Origin: Candidatus Omnitrophota bacterium | GTDB taxonomy: Bacteria > Omnitrophota > Gorgyraeia > Gygaellales > Profunditerraquicolaceae | Direction of reading: 5' to 3' | Assembly: GCA_003598135.1 (NCBI GenBank) | Contig: QZKA01000026.1 | Span: 11,258-75,257, forward strand | Length of the DNA stretch: 64,000 nt | Shown here: piece after piece, positions 26,373 to 35,760 of the stretch | Position numbering within the stretch: position 1 is the first letter of the stretch | Layout of the letters: each line of letters opens with the position of its first letter | Notes under the pieces: model-generated | Told to the model about the DNA's origin: nothing | Databases searched by the model: none | The model's input: only the letters and a program-made list of their open reading frames with translations | Program-made: the position numbers and the translations under genes

Positions 26373-26461
26373 TTTACTACCCTCCTTAGTTTGGCCAGGC
26401 TGCCGGCTGGCTGACTGCTTGGGAATACCGCGGATCCCCTCATACCAACCGGCGCGCTGGG

Positions 26462-26641
26462 TTATAATTGTTCGTTAACGCACAACATCAATTCCGTAAA
26501 ATCAACCTTTTCGCTGTTTGATAAATCGCGCAGCCATTCCGTTAAATTCATTACTCGGCACCATTCATCCGGAGTAACAGCTGCCTCCGGATCGGTGAGG
26601 CGATAGATCTTGCCTTCCTTGGTTTTAAGTACGAGTCTCAT
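26462..26641 (-). CDS. 59-aa hypothetical protein (not in ORF track)
   Basis: MRLVLKTKEGKIYRLTDPE...; ATGA overlap with the ParB-like stop. Confidence 0.5.
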   Translation of the reverse strand: MRLVLKTKEGKIYRLTDPEAAVTPDEWCRVMNLTEWLRDLSNSEKVDFTELMLCVNEQL

Positions 26642-28275
26642 TTCACCAGCTCCTTCGGCACCTTGCCCTTTGGCGCATTCTTAAGGATAAACGCCACAAG
26701 CGCGCTTTTCTTATCTTCTGTCGTATCGATGTTAACATTCAGCTCCTTGGCCAGCTTCGCCAGCTGGTCCTTAGTCATGGCCTGTAGATAACTTTCAGCG
26801 ATCACATAATCCTTAGCCATGGAGAAACCGAGTTTGGTGGAGAGAAAATTAAGATCTTCGTCATCAATAACTTTGGGTTTTTCCGCGATAACTTTTCCGA
26901 TAAGTTCTTGCACCACCGTATCTCCAAGTTCATAAATCTTTGGAATACTGTACGGCCTACCGTATTCTTTACCGCCTTTTATCTTATCTTTAACGATCGC
27001 CTGAGACTCACTCCAACCCATATCGTTTAACAATATGAATAACGTAAGCACATTCCTGCAACGCTGATCCTTGGTAACTGATACCTTGCTAATCCAGAAA
27101 CCACGCTTTGCTTCCCGGACCCGGTTCTCTGTTTTGGATTTGGCGAGATCCTTTACCCGAGGGCCCTCACTGGCGTTAAGTTTAATCCCGGCTTTCCTTA
27201 GGATTTTAGGCACGTCTGCATTATTCACCATTTCAATAATCTTTCCAGAGAATGGATGCACCGCAAAAACCGTTTTAACGTCTTTGCTTGCCTTAAACAA
27301 CTGTCTGAGGGAAAGATATTTATGGTTATAGTAATTCCTTTCATCCACGTTAGAATATTTACGCTCCGGCGTGGTATCGCTTTCATACTCAAAGAGTTTC
27401 TTCGCTTCCTCTTGAGATACCACTTCTTTGCCCTGGGCTTTCAGCCTGGTAATTGTCCGCTGGGTACGCGCCTGTTTCTTCGCTTCAAAGCATCCCGGAT
27501 CCGTACAAGTATCCGCTGCGCTTACGTCCGCGAATAATTCTTTTTGATTCCCGGTCCTTTTAGGACAATCCACGCAGGATCCTTTTCCGGCCAGGCCTTT
27601 TTCTTTAGTATCGAATTGCGCCTCCTTAAGCTGCAGCATAAAGTTTTTGTGGATATACTCCTGGGCTTCCCGATAACTATAAGGTTCCTTACCCCACTGT
27701 CCTCCCTTGGCCACCTGGACGCCGGCTTCTTTCTGCAGATCCTTAGGTACCCTGGCCACCAGGAGCGCAACCGATGGGCTGAATTTCCCATCATAGAACA
27801 ACTTGCGATTCTCCGGGATCAGCTCGCAAAGCTTAAGCCGGCCGTAAATATATGTCGGGCTCTTGCCGACTTTAGCCGCGATATCCTTGACGTCTTTATA
27901 TCCGTGCTTTTTCATTAAGGCTTCGTATCCCTCGGCTTCTTCCAGGGGATGCACGTCCTCGCGCTGCAGGTTTTCGATCACCATGCACTCCAGGGCCTGC
28001 TGATCCGTAAGCTGTCTGATCACGGCCGGGATCTCTTCAAGGCCTGCCGCGGCAGCTGCGCGCATGCGCCGCTCACCGCAGACCAGCTCATAAACATCTC
28101 GGACAGCCGGTCCACGTTGTGTCGTTTTGCCTAACAGCCTTACCAGGATCGGGTTAATGATTCCTTTCTCTTTAACCGACGCGGTCAACTCTTTCATCTT
28201 TGCTTCGTCAAAAGTCTGGCGCGCATTACGGCCAGATGTTTTGATGTCTTTAAGGCTTATCGATTTCATGTCCAT
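26638..28275 (-). CDS. ParB/Spo0J-like protein with long C-terminal extension
   Basis: L.ASVKEKGIINPILVR, YELVCGERR.RA, IENLQRED.HPLEEA.GY, HTH IAAKVGKS..YI; Cys motifs C.DCPKR, CTDP.CF. Confidence 0.85.
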   Translation of the reverse strand: MDMKSISLKDIKTSGRNARQTFDEAKMKELTASVKEKGIINPILVRLLGKTTQRGPAVRDVYELVCGERRMRAAAAAGLEEIPAVIRQLTDQQALECMVIENLQREDVHPLEEAEGYEALMKKHGYKDVKDIAAKVGKSPTYIYGRLKLCELIPENRKLFYDGKFSPSVALLVARVPKDLQKEAGVQVAKGGQWGKEPYSYREAQEYIHKNFMLQLKEAQFDTKEKGLAGKGSCVDCPKRTGNQKELFADVSAADTCTDPGCFEAKKQARTQRTITRLKAQGKEVVSQEEAKKLFEYESDTTPERKYSNVDERNYYNHKYLSLRQLFKASKDVKTVFAVHPFSGKIIEMVNNADVPKILRKAGIKLNASEGPRVKDLAKSKTENRVREAKRGFWISKVSVTKDQRCRNVLTLFILLNDMGWSESQAIVKDKIKGGKEYGRPYSIPKIYELGDTVVQELIGKVIAEKPKVIDDEDLNFLSTKLGFSMAKDYVIAESYLQAMTKDQLAKLAKELNVNIDTTEDKKSALVAFILKNAPKGKVPKELVK

Positions 28276-28316
28276 GTTATTTCCTCCTTTTGAAATATTA
28301 AATTGTCAAACCGTCA

Positions 28317-28751
28317 TCACTGGCAAGAGCGGACGGGCCGCACATAGCTATGGCCACTCCGGTCGAAGTTGTAAACGTTGCCGTTGTAGGAATTCACGCA
28401 CCACGCGGCATCTTTGTTCCAAGCGCAAGGATCCCCACTCCAATACCAATCATCAAATTTGCCCTTGAAGATGTTTGTATCATAGCAAGGATTATATTTT
28501 GTCCTATCCGTCATACCACAGAGTTCTTCGACTGTGGGTAAACGCCAGTCTTTGAAACCGTAAAATTCCAGAGCGGCGCAGGCTTTTTCGGCTTCTTTAT
28601 GCGTCATTGCCGCCTTGAACACGCCTCCTAAGAGTGTTGGGTCTTGAATGATTTGTAGACCTGTTTTACGGTCAGTAATGATGTTCTTCGCTGTTACTAC
28701 AAATCTTGATTCTCCCTTCGCCTCTTCTTTTGTTGCCTTTTTTCTTCCCAT
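28317..28751 (-). CDS. DUF1566 (Lcl C-terminal/CLec-fold) protein
   Basis: D.KTGL, A.K.CA.L..GF.DWRLPT.EEL, YWS, AW.V....G.V......YVRPVR. Confidence 0.85.
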   Translation of the reverse strand: MGRKKATKEEAKGESRFVVTAKNIITDRKTGLQIIQDPTLLGGVFKAAMTHKEAEKACAALEFYGFKDWRLPTVEELCGMTDRTKYNPCYDTNIFKGKFDDWYWSGDPCAWNKDAAWCVNSYNGNVYNFDRSGHSYVRPVRSCQ

Positions 28752-29065
28752 TATTTCCTCCTTTTAGCTTTAAATTGTACTGCCCTTTTGAGTTCTTCTA
28801 TCTTACTCCTTATGGCATGGACTATGCGCTGTCCAGGCTCCTGTTTTATTGAATGCTTCTCAATAAATTGCGCTCGATCATGTTTACCCACGCATTTCCA
28901 ACAACCGTACCCTACCAATACCGGTAGTACCCCGAGAGATTTCTTCTTCCTGCCCTTTCCCTCAAATACCTCCTGGCGATCATAAAACGCCACGGGGAAG
29001 TATTTTCCCTTCGCCGCATGTGCTCCTCCACATAGTTTGCAATATAATAATAGCCTCATCCTCAC
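28751..29065 (-). CDS. Putative zinc-ribbon protein
   Basis: Two CxxC motifs (CKLC, CWKC); basic. Confidence 0.5.
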   Translation of the reverse strand: MRMRLLLYCKLCGGAHAAKGKYFPVAFYDRQEVFEGKGRKKKSLGVLPVLVGYGCWKCVGKHDRAQFIEKHSIKQEPGQRIVHAIRSKIEELKRAVQFKAKRRK

Positions 29066-29235
29066 TCCTTTCGTTCTACCCCTAATATCCTGACCTGATG
29101 CCCTTTCGGTATCTCACATATAAACTGCGGCCTGAATGGATTCTCAAATGCTTTCTTGACTGGCAGTTCCACGTCACGAACCATCCACTGACCGGTGTTG
29201 ATATCAATGAGTAGAATAGTTAATATGGATTTCAT
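29062..29235 (-). CDS. 57-aa hypothetical protein (not in ORF track)
   Basis: MKSILTILLIDINTGQW...; 4-bp overlaps on both sides. Confidence 0.5.
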   Translation of the reverse strand: MKSILTILLIDINTGQWMVRDVELPVKKAFENPFRPQFICEIPKGHQVRILGVERKE

Positions 29236-29537
29236 CGTTTAAAAAATATCTTCAAATCTTTCCCTACTTCATCTATCATATCCGACGAATATCTTAAAAC
29301 TTTCCACCCTAACAGTTGCGCTGCGTTGTATTTCTGGCAGTCTCCGATAAACCCTGCCCCCCTGGTATGCCTGCCGCGGGTCCAGACAGCTCCTTCGCAC
29401 TCAATAGCGATTTTTTTATCAGGATAAGCAAAATCAAATCGCCACTTCCTCTCGGGATGGAAATGGTATTCTTTTCTGGGTATGGGCAAGCCCGCGCGCT
29501 CGATCCTGTTAAGCACGATCATTTCAAGACGCGTCAT
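29232..29537 (-). CDS. PD-(D/E)xK endonuclease (DUF559/Vsr-like), start at MTRLE
   Basis: EYHFHP.RKWRFDFA.P..KIAIE.EG..W..GRH.R..G...D..KYN.A...GW.VLR; GGAGG RBS; ATGA overlap. Confidence 0.8.
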   Translation of the reverse strand: MTRLEMIVLNRIERAGLPIPRKEYHFHPERKWRFDFAYPDKKIAIECEGAVWTRGRHTRGAGFIGDCQKYNAAQLLGWKVLRYSSDMIDEVGKDLKIFFKR

Positions 29538-30298
29538 TGTACCTCCCTTATTCTCATCCCTGCCAATAGCTTCGCTATTGCCGGCGCTACTGGCGCCTTC
29601 TTCCATTGCTGGCCTTCTTTGATCTGCTGCTCTGCATTCCAGAATTCCCATTCCTTTTTTGTAGTTATTAAAAACCATGGCCAAGGCTTCTTTACTCCAG
29701 GCTTATTTCGTGTATAGCTTGCGCATATCCTGTTGATAACTGCTTCCGGTATCTCTACTTCTTTTTTTTTAAGCCTTCCTAAGAGCTGATAAATATTGAA
29801 TTCCTTACTGACAGTTTTTAGTTCTTCCTGAGTTTTATCTGAAAAAGCAGCCCAATAGGGCTGTGTTTCTTTATTCTTCTCTACTCTACTCAACTCTACT
29901 CTACTCAGAGGTAGTACTAACTTACCACTACGGTAGTCCTCTTGTAGTGATACTGGAGGATCAGGGTATTTTCCTTTTGAGGGATGATTAATAGTCTGAT
30001 GTTTCGGCATTGTAGGGCACCACAACCACTGCTTCCCCTCAGCTTCGAATGGGAAGTATCTGCGTAAAGCAATAATCTCCGCCACGATGGGGGCGATATC
30101 AATGCCTTCTTCCGGGAAGATATTATTCTTAAGGAAGAATAAATCGTACGGCATTACCCCTCCAATCTTCTTTGTTTCTTTATTTGGGTCACTCATGTGG
30201 CACCAGCTCAAGATATAAAAATAACGTGCTGGAATAGAGAGCGCCCGGATTTCTTTCTCAAACGGGTAACATGGATCTATTTGCCGCGTGCGGGCCAT
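29534..30298 (-). CDS. Putative phage replication initiation protein
   Basis: MAR.R.I.P...AR..YI..W...D..G N-terminal winged-helix pattern, HQ.I.HPS, SRVE linker repeats; follows ssb. Confidence 0.6.
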   Translation of the reverse strand: MARTRQIDPCYPFEKEIRALSIPARYFYILSWCHMSDPNKETKKIGGVMPYDLFFLKNNIFPEEGIDIAPIVAEIIALRRYFPFEAEGKQWLWCPTMPKHQTINHPSKGKYPDPPVSLQEDYRSGKLVLPLSRVELSRVEKNKETQPYWAAFSDKTQEELKTVSKEFNIYQLLGRLKKKEVEIPEAVINRICASYTRNKPGVKKPWPWFLITTKKEWEFWNAEQQIKEGQQWKKAPVAPAIAKLLAGMRIREVQ

Positions 30299-30299
30299 A

Positions 30300-30659
30300 T
30301 TACTCTCCTATTTCTTCTTCCGGCGATGTGCCTGCCTTTACCCTATCCAGGAATTGAATATTCTCGATTTGCATCTCTATCACCGACCGCTTCTGACCAT
30401 CTTGTTCCCACGAGCGCGTCACAAGACGCCCCTCTACGAATACATTGCTTCCTTTTTTTAGATATTGAGTGCAGTTCTCTGCGCGCTTGGCCCAAAGCGT
30501 CCCGGTGATAAACAACTTGTCTTCGCGATCCTCATTATCTTTCCCCTTGAATATATGGCTCGATGCAAGCCGCAGGTTACACACCGCAGTGCCCTGAGGC
30601 GTATAGCGTAATTCGGGATCCTTGGTAAGATTTGCAATCAAGAGTATTTTGTTCAGCAT
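30300..30659 (-). CDS. ssb: Single-stranded DNA-binding protein
   Basis: LNK..LI.NLT.DPELRYTP.G.AV, YLKKGS.VFVEGRL.TRSWE.DGQKR. Confidence 0.93.
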   Translation of the reverse strand: MLNKILLIANLTKDPELRYTPQGTAVCNLRLASSHIFKGKDNEDREDKLFITGTLWAKRAENCTQYLKKGSNVFVEGRLVTRSWEQDGQKRSVIEMQIENIQFLDRVKAGTSPEEEIGE

Positions 30660-30870
30660 AGCTTCTTCCTTTCGTTTTCCAGAATATCAGTAGCCACTTG
30701 TCCCAGGCCAGCCAACGGCCGTCTGTCCTGTTTTGATGATTCTTGCGGCGCCTTAATTTTCTACGCAATGACGGCGAGAGCGGTATAAATTCAGTAGTGC
30801 CGTCATAAACCCTCTGCCGGTCAAAATCCAAATAAAGGCCCCCTTCTCCCATGACAAACATATTATGCAA
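30577..30870 (-). CDS. Hypothetical protein
   Basis: Fills the gap between the SWIM gene and ssb, but overlaps ssb by 83 bp. Confidence 0.35.
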   Translation of the reverse strand: MHNMFVMGEGGLYLDFDRQRVYDGTTEFIPLSPSLRRKLRRRKNHQNRTDGRWLAWDKWLLIFWKTKGRSYAEQNTLDCKSYQGSRITLYASGHCGV

Positions 30871-31138
30871 TATGTAGTTGTACTTCGCGCGAGTGCTCTA
30901 CTCTTTCTTGATAAATGCGCACCGCCTGAATATGGCTGCATTCTCTCCCCTTGCGCCCTGCCTGGCAGTTACAGAGAAGCTTCCCGAAATATTCCTTTAT
31001 GGTGTACGTACTGATGTTATATCCGGGGATGGGGAGGCATTGGTAAATGCCGTCAGTAACCCTGGATATCTTATTCAACTCAATGAGTTTCTTGACTTTT
31101 TGATTCATAAATGCCTTCGTACCCATTTCGTATCCCAT
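30863..31138 (-). CDS. SWIM zinc-finger protein
   Basis: Y.I.....CNC.A....ECSHI.AV = CxCxnCxH. Confidence 0.72.
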   Translation of the reverse strand: MGYEMGTKAFMNQKVKKLIELNKISRVTDGIYQCLPIPGYNISTYTIKEYFGKLLCNCQAGRKGRECSHIQAVRIYQERVEHSREVQLHIA

Positions 31139-31141
31139 GCG

Positions 31142-31648
31142 TTATCTCCTTTCTTTAAAAAAGGTATGCTCGCCTATCTTAGCCGTTTTTATCATTCCTT
31201 TGGCCCATCGGGGAATCCCGTAACGCTCGACTGCTTCGTAGTGGGTTGCGCCGTTGGTAAAATCTGGCGAATTCTCTACAAACACGCGCCGGACGATCTC
31301 TTTGGCTATGAGTTCCTGTTTCCTTCCTTCGCGTTGAACGAACACGTCAAGATTTTTTCTTTTTAACCCGCAAAGGCCTGTATTCATTCCTTTATTCAGG
31401 CGATTCCTCACACAGCAGGCCACGGCATACATGCCTTGGTAACCTTCCCCGGTTGCTTCCGCAATCAGTCCTTTCCACAGATCTTCGGGAATTCGCTGTT
31501 TCGCGTAGGCAGGCGTTGAGAGAAGCAATACGGTTATCAAAATTATGGGCCAGCACGGGATTAGACCCTGTGAAGGAAATTGCGTTCTTGAATTAACCGG
31601 TTTCTGAATTGTCCTAAGAGCAACGCGTACTGCGTATGCTGGTCCCAT
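31142..31648 (-). CDS. Cell wall hydrolase (SleB/Hydrolase_2) with signal/TM segment
   Basis: AEA.GE...G..AVA..V.NR, D.TNGATHY, P.WA, IG.H.FF; hydrophobic IILITVLLLSTPAYA. Confidence 0.85.
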   Translation of the reverse strand: MGPAYAVRVALRTIQKPVNSRTQFPSQGLIPCWPIILITVLLLSTPAYAKQRIPEDLWKGLIAEATGEGYQGMYAVACCVRNRLNKGMNTGLCGLKRKNLDVFVQREGRKQELIAKEIVRRVFVENSPDFTNGATHYEAVERYGIPRWAKGMIKTAKIGEHTFFKERR

Positions 31649-31650
31649 AG

Positions 31651-32757
31651 TTACCCTTCCTGTCGTGCTGAATGCTCCTTGCTTAGATCGGCAAGCAGCT
31701 TATTTGCGGTAGCGATATCGGGTATTTCTTCCATCCTGGTAAGTCCCAAACCGCCCAAGATTTTCTGGTATATCTGATCCCCTACCTTTGACCTGGTTTT
31801 TGCAATGGTTTCCTGAATATGCTTCGGAAGGGAAGACTTTATTTCAGGCGGCGGCAACTGCTGTTTTGCTGGCGAGGCGCCGTTTTTATCTGCCGCCGTT
31901 GCCTCTACTTCAATCGGAGGCTCTTCCCAACTGGTGGTATCCGGAAGATCCATGGCGCTGTCTATCCCCTTGCGGTATTCCCGGCTGGTTTCATCAACCG
32001 CAATGGCGCGCTGCAGCTCTACCGATAAAGGCAGGAGCTTGGCAAGCTGAATCAATACCGTCTTCATACACATTGCGTCCGGGTCTTTATTCCAGGGAGA
32101 GGATTCCGCAAAATGTGGAGTTTGCAGCTTTACCATCCTCTTTTCTTTGTTGTCCCATTCCTGTGTGATCCAGGTCTTGCTATGTTTCCGGCCGTGTTCC
32201 ATGGCCTCTGCCTTTGACATAAACCTGAATATGCAGCCACCGCCTTTCATTTTGGCGATGGCGTAGTAGCCGATAACTTCTCCACGATCTCCCAGCGCCG
32301 GCTTGTGCCGTATAAAACTACTGGTCCCGTACTCGTAGGCAAAATCGTCGTGTGTATGCACAGTCTGCATCTCTATTGAGAGAGCGGCTTCATGCCGGTA
32401 GAATAACTCTGCCAAGCCCTTGTATCCTATTAAGGCCTGTACTTCCGGCACAGTTACCCATTCATTTCCTACCTTGCGCTTATTCTTAAACGGCAGAAGG
32501 TATGCGCGGCCGGCAATAGGTTCAAGGCCTATCTGCGCCAGCACAAATAAACTGCCCAAGAAACTCTCCGGCGTGCATTTCGCGAGATCCGGATTCGTCC
32601 TTATCGACGTCAACGCGATCCGTACCAGCCTCTCCGGATTCAGATGTGCCGGCAGAGCTTGCCCAAGCTCTTTTGCCGACTGCTTAATCAATGTTGTGAG
32701 ACTTTTCTGCTCTGGCGAATTCTCTAATGCTTTCCCCACTTCTCCTTGTTTTGCCAT
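31651..32757 (-). CDS. recT: RecT-family recombinase
   Basis: ALP.H...ERL.R.A....NP.L..C...S, GLEP..G.AYL.PF, IGYKG...L, PW....AM..KTV..L.K.LP.S.E. Confidence 0.92.
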   Translation of the reverse strand: MAKQGEVGKALENSPEQKSLTTLIKQSAKELGQALPAHLNPERLVRIALTSIRTNPDLAKCTPESFLGSLFVLAQIGLEPIAGRAYLLPFKNKRKVGNEWVTVPEVQALIGYKGLAELFYRHEAALSIEMQTVHTHDDFAYEYGTSSFIRHKPALGDRGEVIGYYAIAKMKGGGCIFRFMSKAEAMEHGRKHSKTWITQEWDNKEKRMVKLQTPHFAESSPWNKDPDAMCMKTVLIQLAKLLPLSVELQRAIAVDETSREYRKGIDSAMDLPDTTSWEEPPIEVEATAADKNGASPAKQQLPPPEIKSSLPKHIQETIAKTRSKVGDQIYQKILGGLGLTRMEEIPDIATANKLLADLSKEHSARQEG

Positions 32758-32767
32758 AACTTCCTCC

Positions 32768-33802
32768 TTATTTCTTCACCGATATCCTCAGTATTCTTTT
32801 ATCCTTTGGTTTCGCATACTTCTCGTATAACCCGGGTTCCTCTTTCTTGAATAACTCGACGTCTATCCTCCTTTCCTGCTGATTCTTCCACGTAATTTTA
32901 TACTTCGGGGTTACGCCGGTTTCGTAAGTCTTCAGCATCGCCCGCAGCGTATTCTTTTGTTCATCAATTTCTTTTTCAAGAACGGCATAATCTGCCTGCA
33001 TAGAATCAAGGCTCTCACATACACGACTGGCATCATCTCCAAGTTCTATGATGCTTTCATTGGCTGCCTTTGGGTATAGCCTGTAAAGGACGCCATCATC
33101 TTGAGAGGTTATGGTCATCGGCATCACTTTCGGAACGATGAAATTGTTCCAGAAATGAACCTCTTTGGCGATCATGTTATCGAGCGTCTTGGGATCAACA
33201 AGATTTATGTGTTCTTTTGGCATCTTAGGCAGGTCTGTTTTAGTATCGTAATCAGATCGAACAAATACCTTCCAGAGGAACGACATATTTCCGATTAATA
33301 CGGCAAGGTACCATATCGGAAGGCCAGTCACAGCCATATAGTGCAAACACTGCACTTGATATTCTTGAGGAATTTCTTCGCCTTCCCACTCCCTCATCTT
33401 AAACTGGTTAGCAGTTTTGGCTTCAAACCCTGCCTGTTCTAACATTACCCTTCGGTCAATGTTTGCCCCAATAAAGGAATACCGTGGATGAAGTATGGTT
33501 ATCCTGTTTGGGTCATCGTGGGATACTACGTATGGACGACGTATCTCTTCACAAAATTCTTTAGTCACCATAGCTACTCTTTTACCCGTATCTTCCATAA
33601 AAAATTCAGCTACGGTTTGCTCAAGCTTAATGCCGAGCTTTACCGCGACTCTGTCAGAGATATCTTCCGGCGCAACTTGGCCGGTTTTTATAGCCCAAAC
33701 TTGCAAAGGCGTTCTGTAGCGAGAGAGACCGAGGATCGCCGCGGCATCTGAGCCGCCAATATAAAACTTCCTTGCCTCAACCTGTTCTTTTGTCCAGTCC
33801 AT
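32768..33802 (-). CDS. YqaJ-like viral recombinase exonuclease
   Basis: R..YIGGSDAAAILGLS.YRT, G..LE, ANIDR, EAKTA, Y..Q..HYM.V.G. Confidence 0.9.
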   Translation of the reverse strand: MDWTKEQVEARKFYIGGSDAAAILGLSRYRTPLQVWAIKTGQVAPEDISDRVAVKLGIKLEQTVAEFFMEDTGKRVAMVTKEFCEEIRRPYVVSHDDPNRITILHPRYSFIGANIDRRVMLEQAGFEAKTANQFKMREWEGEEIPQEYQVQCLHYMAVTGLPIWYLAVLIGNMSFLWKVFVRSDYDTKTDLPKMPKEHINLVDPKTLDNMIAKEVHFWNNFIVPKVMPMTITSQDDGVLYRLYPKAANESIIELGDDASRVCESLDSMQADYAVLEKEIDEQKNTLRAMLKTYETGVTPKYKITWKNQQERRIDVELFKKEEPGLYEKYAKPKDKRILRISVKK

Positions 33803-35385
33803 TATTTCGTCTCCACCTGTAGGTCTCCGTCAGTTACTACGGTAATAAAGAATTGAAATTCCTGATCCCCTTCTATCTGCTGCAGGAATTCTGCCCGGAC
33901 GGTTTCATCAAGGTGTTCAAGCTTGTCTACACAGATCAGTTTAAGCGGGTTATCCTTAGCCAGTACCCTGGCGATATCCAAGCAGATCCTTACTTGCTGG
34001 GCAGTGGATAGATTCGATAACGGCAGGTCTTTTATAGTTACGATCCCGCGGCCGTCTACCCCGAGATCCTTAATGGGCAATTCTACTGTGGCGAGTAACT
34101 CGTGAGGCTTAAGCCGAGCGGTCTCTACGCATTTGTCATAGTGTTCAGCCGTTGCCTCTTCTTCTTTTAACCGGTCCTGCAGAGCCCCTACTTCCCTGGC
34201 CAAGGGGATAAAGGACTTCATGCGTTCTGCTTCTATACAGCGGTTCTTTATCGGAGCCGTATCAATGAGCTGGTGAACGTCGAGGAAAAACTCAGCTTGT
34301 TTCTTTTTGACTTCAAGACGGGTGAGTTCCTCTTTCTTGCGCTCGGCGATAGTCTTCAATCTTTCTTTAGTTACTTTAACAAGAGCTGCTTTTCTCTCGG
34401 CCAAGGATATTTCGTCAAGAGCTTTTACCTTAACCCGCAGGGATTCTTTCTCATTGATGAGTTTCTGAATCCTATCCTGCAGTAATTTGATTTCTTCGTC
34501 TACCATGTCTATCTGGACGATTAAATCTTTCTTGTCGCCCTCTATGGCCTCCTTGGCTTGTTCATATTCCGTTTTTTCGTTCTCCTGGGCCTCTTTTTCC
34601 TGCAGGGCATACTTATTGCGTATGGCTTCTACGTCTAACGGAAATGCCTCAATCACATTATGGCATTCCACAATGTCCCTGTTTGTTTCTTGGGCGTCGT
34701 TGAGTTCTGCGAATAATGCTCCGAGGTTTATCTGCTCCCAAGCCTCTACTTCGTAGTTATCCGGAAGCCTCTTGGCTACGGCTGCGCTCTCGTCCTCTGT
34801 GGCCTTAACCCTGGCGTTTGCCTCGCGCCTGGCGTCATAGAACCATTCTTCCAACGCCTTTAATACCTGCAGGCCATGGTTCTCATAGTTGACTTTTGGT
34901 GCTTCTCCGAACCATTCCAACGCTTGCTTCGCGGTCACCATAATTGGCATAAGACTGAACAAAATACTGGTTTGTTCGGTATCTTTCTTCTGCATAAAAT
35001 CTACGGGATTGAAGACGAACACATCGCGATGTGTTCCTTTGTTTACTTGATACCCAAATAATTCCTTTAGAAAAGTCTCGGGAGACTTCACCGGAACACC
35101 CGCTTTAGTTACCTTAACCGATCCCTCATCCAGTCCTGCTTCATCTTCTTTTACGGTCCGACGTATGCTTATGCCGTCATCAGTTTCAAGCTCTATATAA
35201 GCTTTATCTGCTCCTGTCCTCACAAAGCGCGCGCGCCGTTTGGTGTTATAAAGTGCTTTTTCTATGGTCTCGAGTATCGATGTCTTACCCCGTTCGTTGC
35301 CGCCGCTTATCACATTGACTTTGCCCGGGTTGATAGCGAGTTCCTCTATGCCCAAACAATCTTTAATTACTAATCTCTTTATCAT
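33802..35385 (-). CDS. SbcC/Rad50-like ABC ATPase with coiled coil (start MIKRL)
   Basis: Walker A GGNERGKTS, long coiled coil, signature LSTAQ, Walker B ICVD..E.LD; AGGAG RBS before 35385. Confidence 0.82.
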   Translation of the reverse strand: MIKRLVIKDCLGIEELAINPGKVNVISGGNERGKTSILETIEKALYNTKRRARFVRTGADKAYIELETDDGISIRRTVKEDEAGLDEGSVKVTKAGVPVKSPETFLKELFGYQVNKGTHRDVFVFNPVDFMQKKDTEQTSILFSLMPIMVTAKQALEWFGEAPKVNYENHGLQVLKALEEWFYDARREANARVKATEDESAAVAKRLPDNYEVEAWEQINLGALFAELNDAQETNRDIVECHNVIEAFPLDVEAIRNKYALQEKEAQENEKTEYEQAKEAIEGDKKDLIVQIDMVDEEIKLLQDRIQKLINEKESLRVKVKALDEISLAERKAALVKVTKERLKTIAERKKEELTRLEVKKKQAEFFLDVHQLIDTAPIKNRCIEAERMKSFIPLAREVGALQDRLKEEEATAEHYDKCVETARLKPHELLATVELPIKDLGVDGRGIVTIKDLPLSNLSTAQQVRICLDIARVLAKDNPLKLICVDKLEHLDETVRAEFLQQIEGDQEFQFFITVVTDGDLQVETK

Positions 35386-35401
35386 TACTCCTCCTGTTTT
35401 A

Positions 35402-35563
35402 TCATCCGCCCACAAGCGCTGTTTCAGAAAAACGCTCTATTGCCGCGTTGATCCGCCTCAGCCTATCCTCGATTTCATTCCTGGTTGTTTCCGACCAGTA
35501 CTGCTCCAGGGTTTTCTCAATCGTGTGTTTTGCCTCAAATAACCTCTTAAGTGTAATATTCAT
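35402..35563 (-). CDS. 53-aa hypothetical protein (not in ORF track)
   Basis: MNITLKRLFEAKHTIEK...; GAGG RBS; fills the intergenic gap. Confidence 0.45.
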   Translation of the reverse strand: MNITLKRLFEAKHTIEKTLEQYWSETTRNEIEDRLRRINAAIERFSETALVGG

Positions 35564-35572
35564 AAAGACCTC

Positions 35573-35752
35573 TTATTTAGGTTGAAGTAAGAGTTTTTCT
35601 ACGTCGTCCCAAAAAAACCTCAGTGCCCGATTAGCCCCCAGCTTTACCGGCCTAATGCCCATTAACAACTCCGGCCATTTGTTGCGCAGGTAGTTTTCCG
35701 AATACCGAAGACGGCTTGCTATCGTTTTAATATCTACTACTTCCCTTATCAT
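35573..35752 (-). CDS. Excisionase/AlpA-like winged-HTH protein
   Basis: MIREVVDIKTIASRL.YS..YL....P.KLG..RALRF...DVEK; GGAGG RBS at this ATG. Confidence 0.62.
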   Translation of the reverse strand: MIREVVDIKTIASRLRYSENYLRNKWPELLMGIRPVKLGANRALRFFWDDVEKLLLQPK

Positions 35753-35760
35753 ACCCCCTC

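Noticed and set aside
26393-26460. SRP RNA
   Set aside because: Has AGCAG but lacks the GGAA tetraloop and CAGG of domain IV.
28302-28316. Further TGACA box (TGACG-GTT-TGACAAT) upstream of the ParB-like gene
   Set aside because: Three mismatches in 12 positions; could be chance or part of a VR 3' flank.
28276-28751. Complete diversity-generating retroelement
   Set aside because: No reverse transcriptase, Avd or template repeat seen in the window; kept only as a possible remote target.
29874-29910. CTACT/CTCTA short repeats as iterons or CRISPR
   Set aside because: They encode the SRVE linker of the replication protein; no spacers or cas genes are present in the window.
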